Part shown: positions 20,510-30,443 of the stretch, piece by piece | Layout of the letters: each line of letters opens with the position of its first letter | Position numbering within the stretch: position 1 is the first letter of the stretch | Assembly: GCA_963663225.1 (NCBI GenBank) | Contig: OY760142.1 | Coordinates: 195,913 to 259,912 of the forward strand | DNA length: 64,000 nt | Source of the DNA: Nitrospirota bacterium | GTDB taxonomy: Bacteria > Nitrospirota > UBA9217 | Direction of reading: 5' to 3' | Translations under genes and position numbers: made by a program | The notes under the pieces: model-generated | What the model was told of the DNA's origin: nothing | The model's database searches: none | What the model saw: only the letters and a program-made list of their open reading frames with translations

Positions 20510-22138
20510 CTATTTGTCCGACGTTCCGTAAACGCTGCTGAGCAGCGCTCTGTCTATTTTCTTGCTTTTATTTTTGGGAAGCTGTTCGAGTCTGACAAGA
20601 TGCTGCGGGATCATATATCGGGGCAGGCTCTTTTTCAGGTTGTGGTGAATCTCTTCATGGCAGTCCGCGGCCGCCTCGTAAACAAGTTTGAGTGACTTAA
20701 TTTCACCGTTTTCCCGGACCGGGATGACAACATTACCCGTCACTGAATCAACTTTTGAAACAACTCTCTCGATTTCCTGCAAATTGATTCGATATCCGAA
20801 AAATTTGATCTGACTGTCCTTGCGGCCATGGATGCAGTAGCCGACCCCGGGAATAAAAGACGCGACATCCCCGGTCCTGTAAAACGGCACCCCGTGCTCA
20901 TCCCTTCCAAAAACCTTGTTCGTTTTGTCAGGATCATTCCAATATCCGATAGACAAATGAGGAGAATGGACGATGAGCTCTCCTCGCTCTTCATTTTCCG
21001 GGAAGTCGGTTTTGTCAAGCGTGAAACGGATTCCCATGATCGGGAAACCGATGGGAACGGCGCCTCCGTCCTCGCCCTTGTAATCGTTCAGCGAGAAAAC
21101 AGCCATCAGTGACGATTCAGTAGATCCATAGCCGTTGATAAACTTTGCGTTGGGCAGCATGGCCATCACAGTTGCCAAAATATTCCGGTTGGCGGGTTCT
21201 CCGCCGAGCAAAACAGTTTTTAGCCCCTGAAGATGCTCCGGCTTGATCAGACCGCTGTTTACGAGAGCGTTCAGCGTCGAGGTGACCAGCAGCGTTCTGG
21301 TGACTTTGTACGTATATGTAAGGTCCAGAATGTCCTTCGGAAAAATTACTTCTTCTGGGTAAACAGCAAGTGTTCCACCTGAACACAGCGGTGGAAATAT
21401 GTCAGCGGTTGAGGCGGAGAATGCGGTTGCATTCAGCCCACTGGTCACGTCATCCACGTTATAACCCAGGGTATCGATCACCCACTGGACATTCTTGAAA
21501 ATATTGCCGTGGGGAATCATGACGCCTTTCGGCTCGCCGGTGGAGCCTGACGTGAAATAAATCATCGCCAGATCATTCGGCAAAAGGTCTACTTTTTGTG
21601 GATCATCCCGCCGCGCGCTTCCGAACGGCAATTTGACGAAATCGCGTTCTTCGCCATCGTCAAGCAGAACGGCCTGAAAACGCCCTGGAGATAGTTCCGC
21701 ACATTTTCTGAACAGGTCAGCTGAAAAGCGGTCGGCAAAAACGCGAAGCGGCGATATTTCAATCAATAAATCAGTCAGTCTGGCCGGCGGTGTTTTGGTG
21801 TCCAGAGGAACAACGACTCCTCCCGCTCTTATGATGCCGATCATGGCGGCATACAGATAGATTGACCTGTTCATCATGAGTGCGACACGATCGCCTTTTT
21901 TCAGACCACTCTCCTGCAGATACTGTGAAACATCGAGAGTCAGTTCGCGCAGTTCATGATAGGTCCATGCTTTGTCATACAGCCGTATCGCGGCTTTTGA
22001 TGCGTGCAAAGCAAACATCTTATCGAGCAGATCCATGATGGTAGAAACGGCTGATTGATTTTCTGCTTGTTTCTGGTTTATCGCGGTGTTTTTTTCCATG
22101 GGATTCTTTTTGACAATTGCATTGTCCTGAAGTTCCAT
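20510..22138 (-). CDS. adenylate-forming enzyme (AMP-dependent synthetase/ligase, acyl- or aminoacyl-activating), ligase 1
   Basis: Start placed at internal ATG (MELQDNAIV) 2 nt after the upstream stop. AMP-binding motifs YFTSGSTGEPKGV, GYGSTE and YRTGD are present. Confidence 0.8.
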   Translation of the reverse strand: MELQDNAIVKKNPMEKNTAINQKQAENQSAVSTIMDLLDKMFALHASKAAIRLYDKAWTYHELRELTLDVSQYLQESGLKKGDRVALMMNRSIYLYAAMIGIIRAGGVVVPLDTKTPPARLTDLLIEISPLRVFADRFSADLFRKCAELSPGRFQAVLLDDGEERDFVKLPFGSARRDDPQKVDLLPNDLAMIYFTSGSTGEPKGVMIPHGNIFKNVQWVIDTLGYNVDDVTSGLNATAFSASTADIFPPLCSGGTLAVYPEEVIFPKDILDLTYTYKVTRTLLVTSTLNALVNSGLIKPEHLQGLKTVLLGGEPANRNILATVMAMLPNAKFINGYGSTESSLMAVFSLNDYKGEDGGAVPIGFPIMGIRFTLDKTDFPENEERGELIVHSPHLSIGYWNDPDKTNKVFGRDEHGVPFYRTGDVASFIPGVGYCIHGRKDSQIKFFGYRINLQEIERVVSKVDSVTGNVVIPVRENGEIKSLKLVYEAAADCHEEIHHNLKKSLPRYMIPQHLVRLEQLPKNKSKKIDRALLSSVYGTSDK

Positions 22139-22142
22139 CGCT

Positions 22143-23354
22143 TTACACGACAATTTCAGCAGGCAGCGCGTGACTGAGAAAATGAAGCGGGCTTGCTGAA
22201 AAACCATATGCTCCTGAATTAAAGAAGAGGAGAACGTCGCCTTCCTCGATGTCGGCAGCCAGTTCAATATCAGTTGCCAATACATCGTCGGGAATGCAAA
22301 GGCTGCCGGTTATTGTGTACCTGATTTCAGCACCGGATTTTTCCTCTCCTGACAGTGTATCAATCTCGTAGTTACGCCGTATTACCTGTCCAATACCGCC
22401 GGCCGCCGCATAGTGTTGATGCATACCGCCGTCAACGACAAGAAATTCACGAGCGTAGCCCTTCTTGCGATACAACACGTGAACCGCGTAAAGCCCGCAT
22501 TCCGCCACCAGAAAGCGGCCTGGCTCGATGATGAACGTGGTGTTTCTGAGCGGAGCCGTAAGCTCTTCATCGGCAAAAAGTCTGGAGAGACCTTCCCTAA
22601 GCGCCGCAAGATCGAGCGGGGGTTTTTTCCCGAACATATCTATCCCCCAGCCGCCGCCAAAGTTTATTTTTTCGATGACAATTCCGTATTTGTTCGCAAT
22701 TTCGACGCTTTTTTCGAGAATAAAGCGATAATTGCTCAAAATCTTGTCTGATTCCTGATATTGTGAACCAAGATGCAGGTGCAGGCCCCGGAAGCGGAGC
22801 ATCTCCGGGTGGGATTTGATTACGGCAATGGCTTCCTCCAACTGGTCTTCAGGAATGCCGAACTGGGTATCTCCTCCCATCTTCATGGCTGAGGCCGCAG
22901 GACGCGTTTTGGGGTTTACCCTGATGCCCACGTTTCCGGCTTTCTTTTTTGCGCGGCAAAGTTTCGCTATCGTGTGTATTTCTGAAACGCTTTCAGCATT
23001 TATGCAGGAAACACCGGCATCGATCGCCTGCGATAATTCATCAAGGGTTTTTCCGGGACCGGTGAATTCTATGCTATCTGACGAAAATCCGGCAATCAGT
23101 GCCGCCGCGAGTTCCCCCCCCGAGGCCACGTCGGCACCCATGCCAAGTGCGTTCATTGTTCTTAAGATGTCATTATTGGGATTGGCCTTGAACGCATAAT
23201 GGATTTTGAAATGCTCTGGCAGACAATCTGACAGGTCACGATACTTTTTTTCAATGACCTTTTTAAAATAACAAAAAACCGGAAGCTTTCTCCCATCAAG
23301 AAAAGCGAGAAGTTCCGATTTTGGTATCAGCTTGTAAAATTCTTGCTTGTTCAT
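22143..23354 (-). CDS. PLP-dependent decarboxylase, Orn/DAP/Arg decarboxylase fold (diaminopimelate-decarboxylase-like)
   Basis: 403 aa ORF; HYAFKANPNNDILRTMNALGMGADVASGGEL and GLHLHLGSQ motifs. Confidence 0.8.
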   Translation of the reverse strand: MNKQEFYKLIPKSELLAFLDGRKLPVFCYFKKVIEKKYRDLSDCLPEHFKIHYAFKANPNNDILRTMNALGMGADVASGGELAAALIAGFSSDSIEFTGPGKTLDELSQAIDAGVSCINAESVSEIHTIAKLCRAKKKAGNVGIRVNPKTRPAASAMKMGGDTQFGIPEDQLEEAIAVIKSHPEMLRFRGLHLHLGSQYQESDKILSNYRFILEKSVEIANKYGIVIEKINFGGGWGIDMFGKKPPLDLAALREGLSRLFADEELTAPLRNTTFIIEPGRFLVAECGLYAVHVLYRKKGYAREFLVVDGGMHQHYAAAGGIGQVIRRNYEIDTLSGEEKSGAEIRYTITGSLCIPDDVLATDIELAADIEEGDVLLFFNSGAYGFSASPLHFLSHALPAEIVV

Positions 23355-24951
23355 ATTTGTTTTTTATTTCCGCGTATCGAACTTTGCCGTTTTCAGCCAG
23401 GGGCAGACTTTTCACAATGTTGATGTTGTCAGGCACCATATACGACGGCAGGCGTTCCTTCATATGTTTGATAAGGTCTTCTTTTTTTAGACCGTCACAG
23501 GAAATGATTTCCGCTATTATGTTGTGGCCTTTCCGATCATCCGGAATTCCCACTACCGCGCAGTGTGTCACTCCAGGATGTTCCAGAATGCAGCTTTCCA
23601 CTTCTTTGGGATAAATTCTGAATCCTGAGCTCTTGATCATTCCATCTTCACGTCCCAAAACATACAGAAAACCATCGCGGTCGATTTTTCCACGGTCACC
23701 GGTAAAAACCACCTTGCCCGCAGAGATCGTTGGCTTTAAACACGCGGGTATCTCTGCAAGTTTTTTCTGCGAACCAGCAACTTCATTGATATACCCAAGC
23801 ATGGTGCCAGCACCGTAATGAATTATTTCTCCTTCTTCGTCCGGGGATGCGATTTGGGTATTGTCTTTCAAAATAAAAATGCGAGTCCCCTTAACCGGAC
23901 GGCCTACCGATGTCATTTTACCATCATAGTCGTTCGCTTTTAATATGCCGCTTCTGAACGTTTCACTCTGCCCGTATGTTTTTATTATTTTCGTCCTCGG
24001 GAAATAATGCTTCAACTGTTCCAAATATTTTCGTGCGAGGTCTCCTCCGGAAACAGTGATGTATCGCAATGTTTTCGTATCTTCCGGGAAGCCGTCTTCT
24101 CGGGGAACAGAAAGCATATCGGCCCAGATGGTAGGCACTGCGGAAATCCCTGAGATATTAAATCGTTTGATTGCCGTTGCAATATCCCGTGGAAACCAGG
24201 AATTCAAAATAATAAGATGGGCGCCCGATAAAATGCTCGAAAAGAGCTGATTCAGTCCGACATCAAACGAAAAAGGCAGCAGGCTGAGCAAACAATCTTC
24301 CCTGTTAATTTCAAAATCTTCAATTTCTGTGGTGACTCTGACGTACAGATCGTCGCGATCGATTAACACACCCTTTTGCTCACCTGTCGATCCTGAAGTA
24401 AATAAGCAGTATCCGCGTTTTTTCTGGGAATTTGAGAATGGAGCATGTATCCGGGGATCGCCCATGCCGTCAATTGCTGCAGAAGCGCCGGATTGTTGAG
24501 ATTCCTGGACCCTGCGAGCCGGGATAAAATTCAAAAACTCGATTCCATCGCTACAAAGAGCAAACCGCATATTCGATGTAATAGCATCTTCAGACGACAT
24601 AATCTGCTTTACCGTGCTTCTGTTGAGAATGATAAATTTAGGTTTGGCAACTCTCGCCAATCTTATTACGTGAGGTGGCTTCAGCCTCGAATTCAATGAA
24701 CAGGCGGCGCCGCCGGCCAAAATGGCACCAAGAATGGTTACTGCTGCATCGATGGACTTGTTCATGTAACTAGCAACCAGATCATTCGGCTGCATCCCCT
24801 CTCTGGTAAAGAAGTCTGCAACTTCTTTTACTTTTCGAGCCAGCATGCCATAGGTCAGGGTTTGGAGTGTTCCCCCGGGCAAACAGTGGGAAATCGCAGC
24901 TTTGTCATTGTGTCGCGCAAATGCCTGCTCTATGCGTCGGGAAAGAATCAA
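23296..24951 (-). CDS. adenylate-forming enzyme (AMP-dependent synthetase/ligase), ligase 2
   Basis: 551 aa ORF; LFTSGSTGEQKGV, YGQSE and FTGDRG motifs. The first codon appears to be TTG, overlapping the stop of the upstream carrier-protein gene. Confidence 0.75.
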   Translation of the reverse strand: MILSRRIEQAFARHNDKAAISHCLPGGTLQTLTYGMLARKVKEVADFFTREGMQPNDLVASYMNKSIDAAVTILGAILAGGAACSLNSRLKPPHVIRLARVAKPKFIILNRSTVKQIMSSEDAITSNMRFALCSDGIEFLNFIPARRVQESQQSGASAAIDGMGDPRIHAPFSNSQKKRGYCLFTSGSTGEQKGVLIDRDDLYVRVTTEIEDFEINREDCLLSLLPFSFDVGLNQLFSSILSGAHLIILNSWFPRDIATAIKRFNISGISAVPTIWADMLSVPREDGFPEDTKTLRYITVSGGDLARKYLEQLKHYFPRTKIIKTYGQSETFRSGILKANDYDGKMTSVGRPVKGTRIFILKDNTQIASPDEEGEIIHYGAGTMLGYINEVAGSQKKLAEIPACLKPTISAGKVVFTGDRGKIDRDGFLYVLGREDGMIKSSGFRIYPKEVESCILEHPGVTHCAVVGIPDDRKGHNIIAEIISCDGLKKEDLIKHMKERLPSYMVPDNINIVKSLPLAENGKVRYAEIKNKYEQARILQADTKIGTSRFS

Positions 24952-25220
24952 GCTTCATCTCCCGCCAATTTCTTTTCAATAAAATACGATATTTTGCTTA
25001 TGGAGTCGAAATTGTCCAAAGAAAGTTCCGCCGGATAAAAAATAACGTCAAATTTCTCTGAAAAAGCCTCAATAATCTGGATTGCTCCGAGAGAGTCGAT
25101 TAGCCCGCTGTCGATCAGCGAATCCTCTTCACCAATACTAGTACCACTCCCATTGCCATCCTTTGCGGCAATCTCTGTTATTATTTGTTTAACCGCTCCT
25201 TTTATTTCTGCTAACTCCAT
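24948..25220 (-). CDS. acyl/peptidyl carrier protein (phosphopantetheine-binding)
   Basis: 90 aa ORF; carrier-protein serine motif GLIDSLGAIQIIE; GGGGGG RBS-like run 8-13 nt upstream of the ATG. Confidence 0.75.
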   Translation of the reverse strand: MELAEIKGAVKQIITEIAAKDGNGSGTSIGEEDSLIDSGLIDSLGAIQIIEAFSEKFDVIFYPAELSLDNFDSISKISYFIEKKLAGDEA

Positions 25221-25282
25221 GCTGAATGCCCCCCATTCAACGATTATTTTTATAATGATGCAGCAATGTATATTTTTTTGAC

Positions 25283-25993
25283 TTACCTTTGCAGGAGATC
25301 CCGCAAGAGGTTATCCAGTATCTCATACGCTTTTTGGTTTAAGTGTGTTCCGTCTCCACTGTTTAACTCATCACGAAGAGAACGCTCGCGGTCGCTTTTC
25401 CGTAATGCAGCCTCGAGGTCAATCAGCGTGATTTTCTCTTTTTTGGCGTAATCCCGAATCCAGTCATTGTAGGCCAAAATGCCTTCTATTTTGCCTTGCA
25501 CAGCCTCCGCGCGTGCGCGTGTAACAGGGACAACGGTCGCCAATATCACCTCTACGCGCGCGTCACGAATCCGCTTGACCCATTTTTGCACCAGTTCCTG
25601 CTGAAGGGCGATGTCGCCTGGAAAATAGGACGAACATTCTTTAATAACAATAATGTTCGGCAACACGGGTGACGGCCGGAAAAAACCCTTTATGTATGAC
25701 AGCGTAAAGTGAAACTTTCTTTTCGGACGCATCAGGATTTCATCGATTGCTTCCGTTTTATCAAACTGATACACCGCTATAAATTCGACGCTATGAGCGC
25801 GGTCACCCGTCCGCTGGGAATACTCTGCAAGTTTCCATGCCTTCCCGATGGAAGCCCCGACAAACATCACGTTTTTTTTGGAGGCATCCGCTTTACCCTG
25901 ATCCTGGATTTGCGTACAACCGGTCAGCACAAGCAAGCCTGCCGCTACAACGAAGAATATTTTTTTTACGGCCTTAATCATAGAGAACCTCAC
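25283..25993 (-). CDS. lipoprotein, putative SGNH/GDSL-type hydrolase
   Basis: 236 aa ORF; signal peptide with lipobox (LVLTGCTQ); C-terminal SGDGTHLNQKAYEIL resembles the SGNH block V (DGxH). Block I is not canonical. Confidence 0.5.
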   Translation of the reverse strand: MRFSMIKAVKKIFFVVAAGLLVLTGCTQIQDQGKADASKKNVMFVGASIGKAWKLAEYSQRTGDRAHSVEFIAVYQFDKTEAIDEILMRPKRKFHFTLSYIKGFFRPSPVLPNIIVIKECSSYFPGDIALQQELVQKWVKRIRDARVEVILATVVPVTRARAEAVQGKIEGILAYNDWIRDYAKKEKITLIDLEAALRKSDRERSLRDELNSGDGTHLNQKAYEILDNLLRDLLQR

Positions 25994-26589
25994 GCAAGGT
26001 CATCCTTGAACAATTTCAGCAAATGTTGTTTTAAATGTTGGCTATTTTGGCGTGCATATTTTGTGGACCACCAATTTTCGTCATTTTCCAGCTGTATGTC
26101 GGGTGGCTTTTGCATCTTCCATCGCTCAAGACATTTTTCCTTGTATTTCAATACAGAACCGAACGGCCGCGCAGGCACTCCCATAACAATAGTATCAGGG
26201 GGAACATCCGCGATCACAACTGAACCGGCACCGACAATCGAATTTTTTCCGATTCTGATACCCGGAAACAGGATGGCGTTCTGACCGATGATGCAATTAT
26301 CTTCTATTACGATGGGACCGAATATCTGAAGGTCCGGCACCTCATGCCTGAAAACCCAGGCGCCTCCATCGTGAGTCATGAATTTCACTCCCTGAGCAAT
26401 ACCGACGTGATTTCCGATTTTAATGAGATACGGTTCAGTGCCGAGCTGGGTTGGAATTATTCTGCAATGCTCTCCTATCTGGACCCCTTGTTTTCTGAAA
26501 TATTCCGCGATAGTATCCGCATTATACTTTCGAAGTTCATACGCTTGCAGCAACCGGGCTACAACTTTTTTAAGCACCTTAAAAATCAT
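25990..26589 (-). CDS. hexapeptide-repeat acyl/acetyltransferase, paralog B
   Basis: 199 aa ORF; [15 protein letters not shown]...EPYLIKIGNHV...MTHDGGAWVF...GPIVIEDNCIIGQNAIL, collinear with paralogs A and C. Confidence 0.7.
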   Translation of the reverse strand: MIFKVLKKVVARLLQAYELRKYNADTIAEYFRKQGVQIGEHCRIIPTQLGTEPYLIKIGNHVGIAQGVKFMTHDGGAWVFRHEVPDLQIFGPIVIEDNCIIGQNAILFPGIRIGKNSIVGAGSVVIADVPPDTIVMGVPARPFGSVLKYKEKCLERWKMQKPPDIQLENDENWWSTKYARQNSQHLKQHLLKLFKDDLA

Positions 26590-26615
26590 TGACCTGACTC
26601 CTTTTGTATTCCCGC

Positions 26616-28700
26616 CTAGTTTACAGCGTGTGCGTGAGCACGGTCGCTTTCGTCTGCCGTTAAAATGAGATCAACCAGCTCTTTTCTGGTTTCCTCAAAA
26701 AAATCTGGAGTCCATTCCGATTCTCCATCCTGACGACAGACTGGTTCTCCGGATTTGCCTCGGATTCTTGAGAAAAAGTCTTCATAACGGGAAGTGTCTA
26801 TTCCTTTCCGCTTCAATACAGAAACCCGCTTTACAAGCTGATACAGCAGCTTATGGTCATTAATCCCCTCGCGGATTGCTTCCCATTTGAGCGTCGGCAC
26901 CGGACCGGACGGAGCTGGATAGGCCAGATACAGATCGTGCCCCGGTGTATCCGCCTTTTCCGGGAGGCCGCTTGCATTCTGCGTATTCTGAAATGTCCAG
27001 GATGACATTCCGTCAATGTTCTTCATCCACGTGTAATATCCGTACACATACCGTGCATAGGCGGGATTATCACATTGAGTAGTTATATTATTATTGTATA
27101 TCCAGTAACGTGAACCATTTTGATGGGCGGCCTGCATCTCGTGTTCATTCATTTCCGCAGAGCACAGATAATCAACCGGCGAGAACTGATCGTATCGAAG
27201 AGACGTAAGCATTGTTTTTCCACCCGACTCTTTTACGGCCTTAAGCAGCACGGGCGTTACAGCATATCGTTTCTTCTGTAAATCCTGCTGTGAATCATCC
27301 GGTTCATCGATAGGTAAAAATATGACCGGTGGGCAGTGATTTTCTTTTGCAAATTCCGTAACTGTTCTGACAAGATGACGTAGACGCTCCTCGTGTACTT
27401 TTTGATCAAAACCTTTTATGTTTCCCGGATGCTTCGGTTTGGCAGTTTGGATAAGATGTCCCATATACCAGATGACAGGCTTTGTAAATCCGGTGTCTCG
27501 TGCCGCGAGAAGAGCGGCGAAAACATCGTCCAGAACCAGGGTGCCGTCATCCCGGGTAAGAGCGACGAAGGGAGAATGGATTGAAAGCGTAGTCATGCCA
27601 TGCTCTCTATAGTTTTTCAAAACTGCTCGCGCCGAGCGCCGGAGTTCGTTCTTCTCTTTCTCATTCCATGGAAAGACAAGCTCCGTAAATTCGTACGTCA
27701 TGAGCATGAAATAGTCTTTATCCGGGATATCTTCTGTAATAATGGGGAGAACCATAATCTGGAGCGGTATTGTTTTACTCTTCCCATATTGCGGCAAAAC
27801 CGTTATTGTTCCCGTGTACTTGCCCGGCAGAACGGATTGATCAATTTTTGCTGTTAGCCAGAAACGGCAATGACCTCCTTTTTTAACGGAAGTCTTGCTC
27901 TTAGATCTGATCAGGGCAGGGAGCCGCCTGAATTCTCCTGGCGGGAGGCCTGTCGAATCCTCTACTGATTCGACAACCCCGATTTTAATTTTTTCTTTTG
28001 CGATGGTCCCCTGCGGGCCGTTCAAATCTTCAATTGCTAATTTTACCGTTCCGAGGTTCCTGCTAGAAAATAAGGAAATACTGATTGGAAGATATATATT
28101 TCGTGCCGTCCGTATTGATATTTCGCGAATGCTTTCCGCCGCTTCCGGCACCGTCCCCGGATATTCATAGAGTAGCGGAGACCGCAAAAAAACAACATAG
28201 CCGTCGGGGAAATCGACATCATTCGTTTTTATCTTCGCGGATTCATTCCGTAACGGCATCTCACGGTAGGCGATGGGAGTATGTATCCGTTCGGAATCGT
28301 TATAGTTCCTCAGCTCGGATTGCAATACAGACTGGGTAATAAAAACCGTGAAGATCCGTTGATCGTCTGCGGCCTCCAGCTGAATGTCGTATTTCCCTTC
28401 AGACAACGGGGATGGAAGATCGAAAAGAAGATTGCCGTTTTTCTCCCGTACCAGTATGGTCTGTGCCTGTGCAATAATATTGCCGTCCCGACAAAGAGTT
28501 CCTTTGACCTTCAGCCGGTCAATATGCTCCGCACCGCCAGAAACAGTAAACGCAGCATAAAGCGCTTTCTTCAGCTGAACTTGGTCAAGCACCGCTACTC
28601 TATCCCGAAGAATTAGAGAATCTATATGGATTGATTTTGTTTTGCAGGCTGGGCAAAGAACAGCAACGACAAGAGCAAATATCCCAAGAAGTCTTTTCAC
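26616..28700 (-). CDS. large secreted lipoprotein, function unknown (possibly a glycan-active enzyme)
   Basis: 694 aa ORF with signal peptide and lipobox (ALVVAVLCPACK); aromatic-rich; no motif I can assign. Confidence 0.55.
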   Translation of the reverse strand: MKRLLGIFALVVAVLCPACKTKSIHIDSLILRDRVAVLDQVQLKKALYAAFTVSGGAEHIDRLKVKGTLCRDGNIIAQAQTILVREKNGNLLFDLPSPLSEGKYDIQLEAADDQRIFTVFITQSVLQSELRNYNDSERIHTPIAYREMPLRNESAKIKTNDVDFPDGYVVFLRSPLLYEYPGTVPEAAESIREISIRTARNIYLPISISLFSSRNLGTVKLAIEDLNGPQGTIAKEKIKIGVVESVEDSTGLPPGEFRRLPALIRSKSKTSVKKGGHCRFWLTAKIDQSVLPGKYTGTITVLPQYGKSKTIPLQIMVLPIITEDIPDKDYFMLMTYEFTELVFPWNEKEKNELRRSARAVLKNYREHGMTTLSIHSPFVALTRDDGTLVLDDVFAALLAARDTGFTKPVIWYMGHLIQTAKPKHPGNIKGFDQKVHEERLRHLVRTVTEFAKENHCPPVIFLPIDEPDDSQQDLQKKRYAVTPVLLKAVKESGGKTMLTSLRYDQFSPVDYLCSAEMNEHEMQAAHQNGSRYWIYNNNITTQCDNPAYARYVYGYYTWMKNIDGMSSWTFQNTQNASGLPEKADTPGHDLYLAYPAPSGPVPTLKWEAIREGINDHKLLYQLVKRVSVLKRKGIDTSRYEDFFSRIRGKSGEPVCRQDGESEWTPDFFEETRKELVDLILTADESDRAHAHAVN

Positions 28701-28748
28701 AATCGTTCAGTCATCTATGATAAAGAGATGCAGAGGGTGAAATAAAGA

Positions 28749-29378
28749 TCACTTTTTATCCCGGTAGAGGCTGATAAGATGCTCCTGCAGTAACCTGCAA
28801 TCACGGTTTTTCAGCTGCTGAATCCGTTCCGGCGACCGGGATTCGCTCTGCTGAATGCCTGCAAAATATGCCGAGGGACACTGTTTTTTCCATAATGCCA
28901 ATACTTTCTCTTTATATTTGTCGGTCGTTGAAACAATTCTTGCAGGATTTCCGGCCACGATTGCTCCTTCAGGGACATCCTTGGTCACAACTGCACCCGC
29001 CCCTACAATTGCATTCGGTCCGATTTTAACATTTCCCAGAATGATTGCGTTAAGGCCGATAAAACAATTATCGGCTATCTCAATGGGGCCGAACCGTTGC
29101 ACGCTGGGGTGTTCGTCGGTAAAGATCCAAGGCGACCCGTCATGGCTCAGAAAAATCACGTTCGGTGCTATCGTGCAATGGCTGCCGATTCTGATTAAAT
29201 ACGGCTCCTGTCCTAGCGAGCTTACGTATATTCTGTTGCGGTCGCCGATGATCGCTCCCTGCTTCCTAAAATATTCCGCAATGGTGAATTCGTTGTACCG
29301 GTTCAGTTCAATACTATGCTGAATGCGCCGTTTTACGCTTTGTACAATTTTAATCAGTGCGTTTACCATCACAACCAC
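28749..29378 (-). CDS. hexapeptide-repeat acyl/acetyltransferase, paralog C
   Basis: 209 aa ORF; [15 protein letters not shown]...[11 protein letters not shown]...[10 protein letters not shown]...[17 protein letters not shown]. Confidence 0.7.
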   Translation of the reverse strand: MVVMVNALIKIVQSVKRRIQHSIELNRYNEFTIAEYFRKQGAIIGDRNRIYVSSLGQEPYLIRIGSHCTIAPNVIFLSHDGSPWIFTDEHPSVQRFGPIEIADNCFIGLNAIILGNVKIGPNAIVGAGAVVTKDVPEGAIVAGNPARIVSTTDKYKEKVLALWKKQCPSAYFAGIQQSESRSPERIQQLKNRDCRLLQEHLISLYRDKK

Positions 29379-29423
29379 CGAACCTCACTTGCTTTTCTTG
29401 CGATAAGAACATCACCAACAGAT

Positions 29424-30443
29424 CTATAATCCCAGTTTCTTTTTTGCGTTATTTATAAACGCCAACTCCGGATCGGAGTATATTTTTTGATACCCGTCTT
29501 CCCTTGTCATTACTCCGTCCCGGACCATGTTGGCGATTTCCCACACGTACGGGTGAAAACCATGGCGTTTCAGATGGACATCATTCCCGAAGGCATTGAG
29601 AAGACAGTTCGTGGAATTGCTGTCCGTGTCCTGAGGCGCCGTCCACCCGAATTCTCCGATCTGTTCAACCAGTGTTCCTTCGTGGTAAAACTCCCAGGCC
29701 ATGGGGTGAACGTTATAGGGGAACCGTTCCTGCATGGCGAAATGCTTCTCATTCAGAAAATATGATTCGATATCGGTTCCAGCCACTTCGCGCAGCGGAT
29801 TCAGGACCGCTTCCTGCGACATTTTGACGAGTGACGGATTCGTTCTCATAATCGAGGACTGCACCGGCGCCTGTCCAGGCGACCACCCGTATCCGATCAT
29901 GGGTATTTCCTGTTCAATGGCTGTTTTCAAACAGTATGACTTCACAATAGCCATACACGAGGTACAGATGGTACTTGCTCGTTCAAGCGTTTTTTTCGAA
30001 TATAGATCGCGGTCTGCTGCAACTGCAAAAATTTTTTTCAAAATGTCCCAGCGCGGTTTGAAAAAAATATGGTCCACATTCAACCGATCAGTCACCCGCC
30101 GAATGTTCGCCACGGCCGTCTCGGACACGAACCCGTTGTCCAGACTGACTGCCAGCACCCGCAGTCGGTATTTGTTTTTGAGCAGACTCATGGTGTAGGT
30201 CGAGTCTTTCCCGCCGCTATATGCCATCAAAATATCATAGGATCGGCGCCGGGCTGCCGGTCCTCCTGTCTGCTCCAGTAAATCCAGGAACTTCCGTTCA
30301 TATCTTTTTTTGTCTTCGGCGTGTTTTTTTTCCTTTCCGGCGGCCTGCTGGCAGTGCACGCAAACACCGGCTTCATCAAAACTGATGCCGGGAAAGGTTC
30401 CCGGCAATATGCAGCGCGTACAAACGGTTATATTAGATGACAT
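29424..30443 (-). CDS. N-acetyl sugar amidotransferase-like PP-loop ATPase (WbuX/PseA-like)
   Basis: Start at internal ATG (MSSNITVCTRC). N-terminal zinc-ribbon cysteines CTRC...CVHC followed by PP-loop motif YSGGKDS. Confidence 0.65.
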   Translation of the reverse strand: MSSNITVCTRCILPGTFPGISFDEAGVCVHCQQAAGKEKKHAEDKKRYERKFLDLLEQTGGPAARRRSYDILMAYSGGKDSTYTMSLLKNKYRLRVLAVSLDNGFVSETAVANIRRVTDRLNVDHIFFKPRWDILKKIFAVAADRDLYSKKTLERASTICTSCMAIVKSYCLKTAIEQEIPMIGYGWSPGQAPVQSSIMRTNPSLVKMSQEAVLNPLREVAGTDIESYFLNEKHFAMQERFPYNVHPMAWEFYHEGTLVEQIGEFGWTAPQDTDSNSTNCLLNAFGNDVHLKRHGFHPYVWEIANMVRDGVMTREDGYQKIYSDPELAFINNAKKKLGL

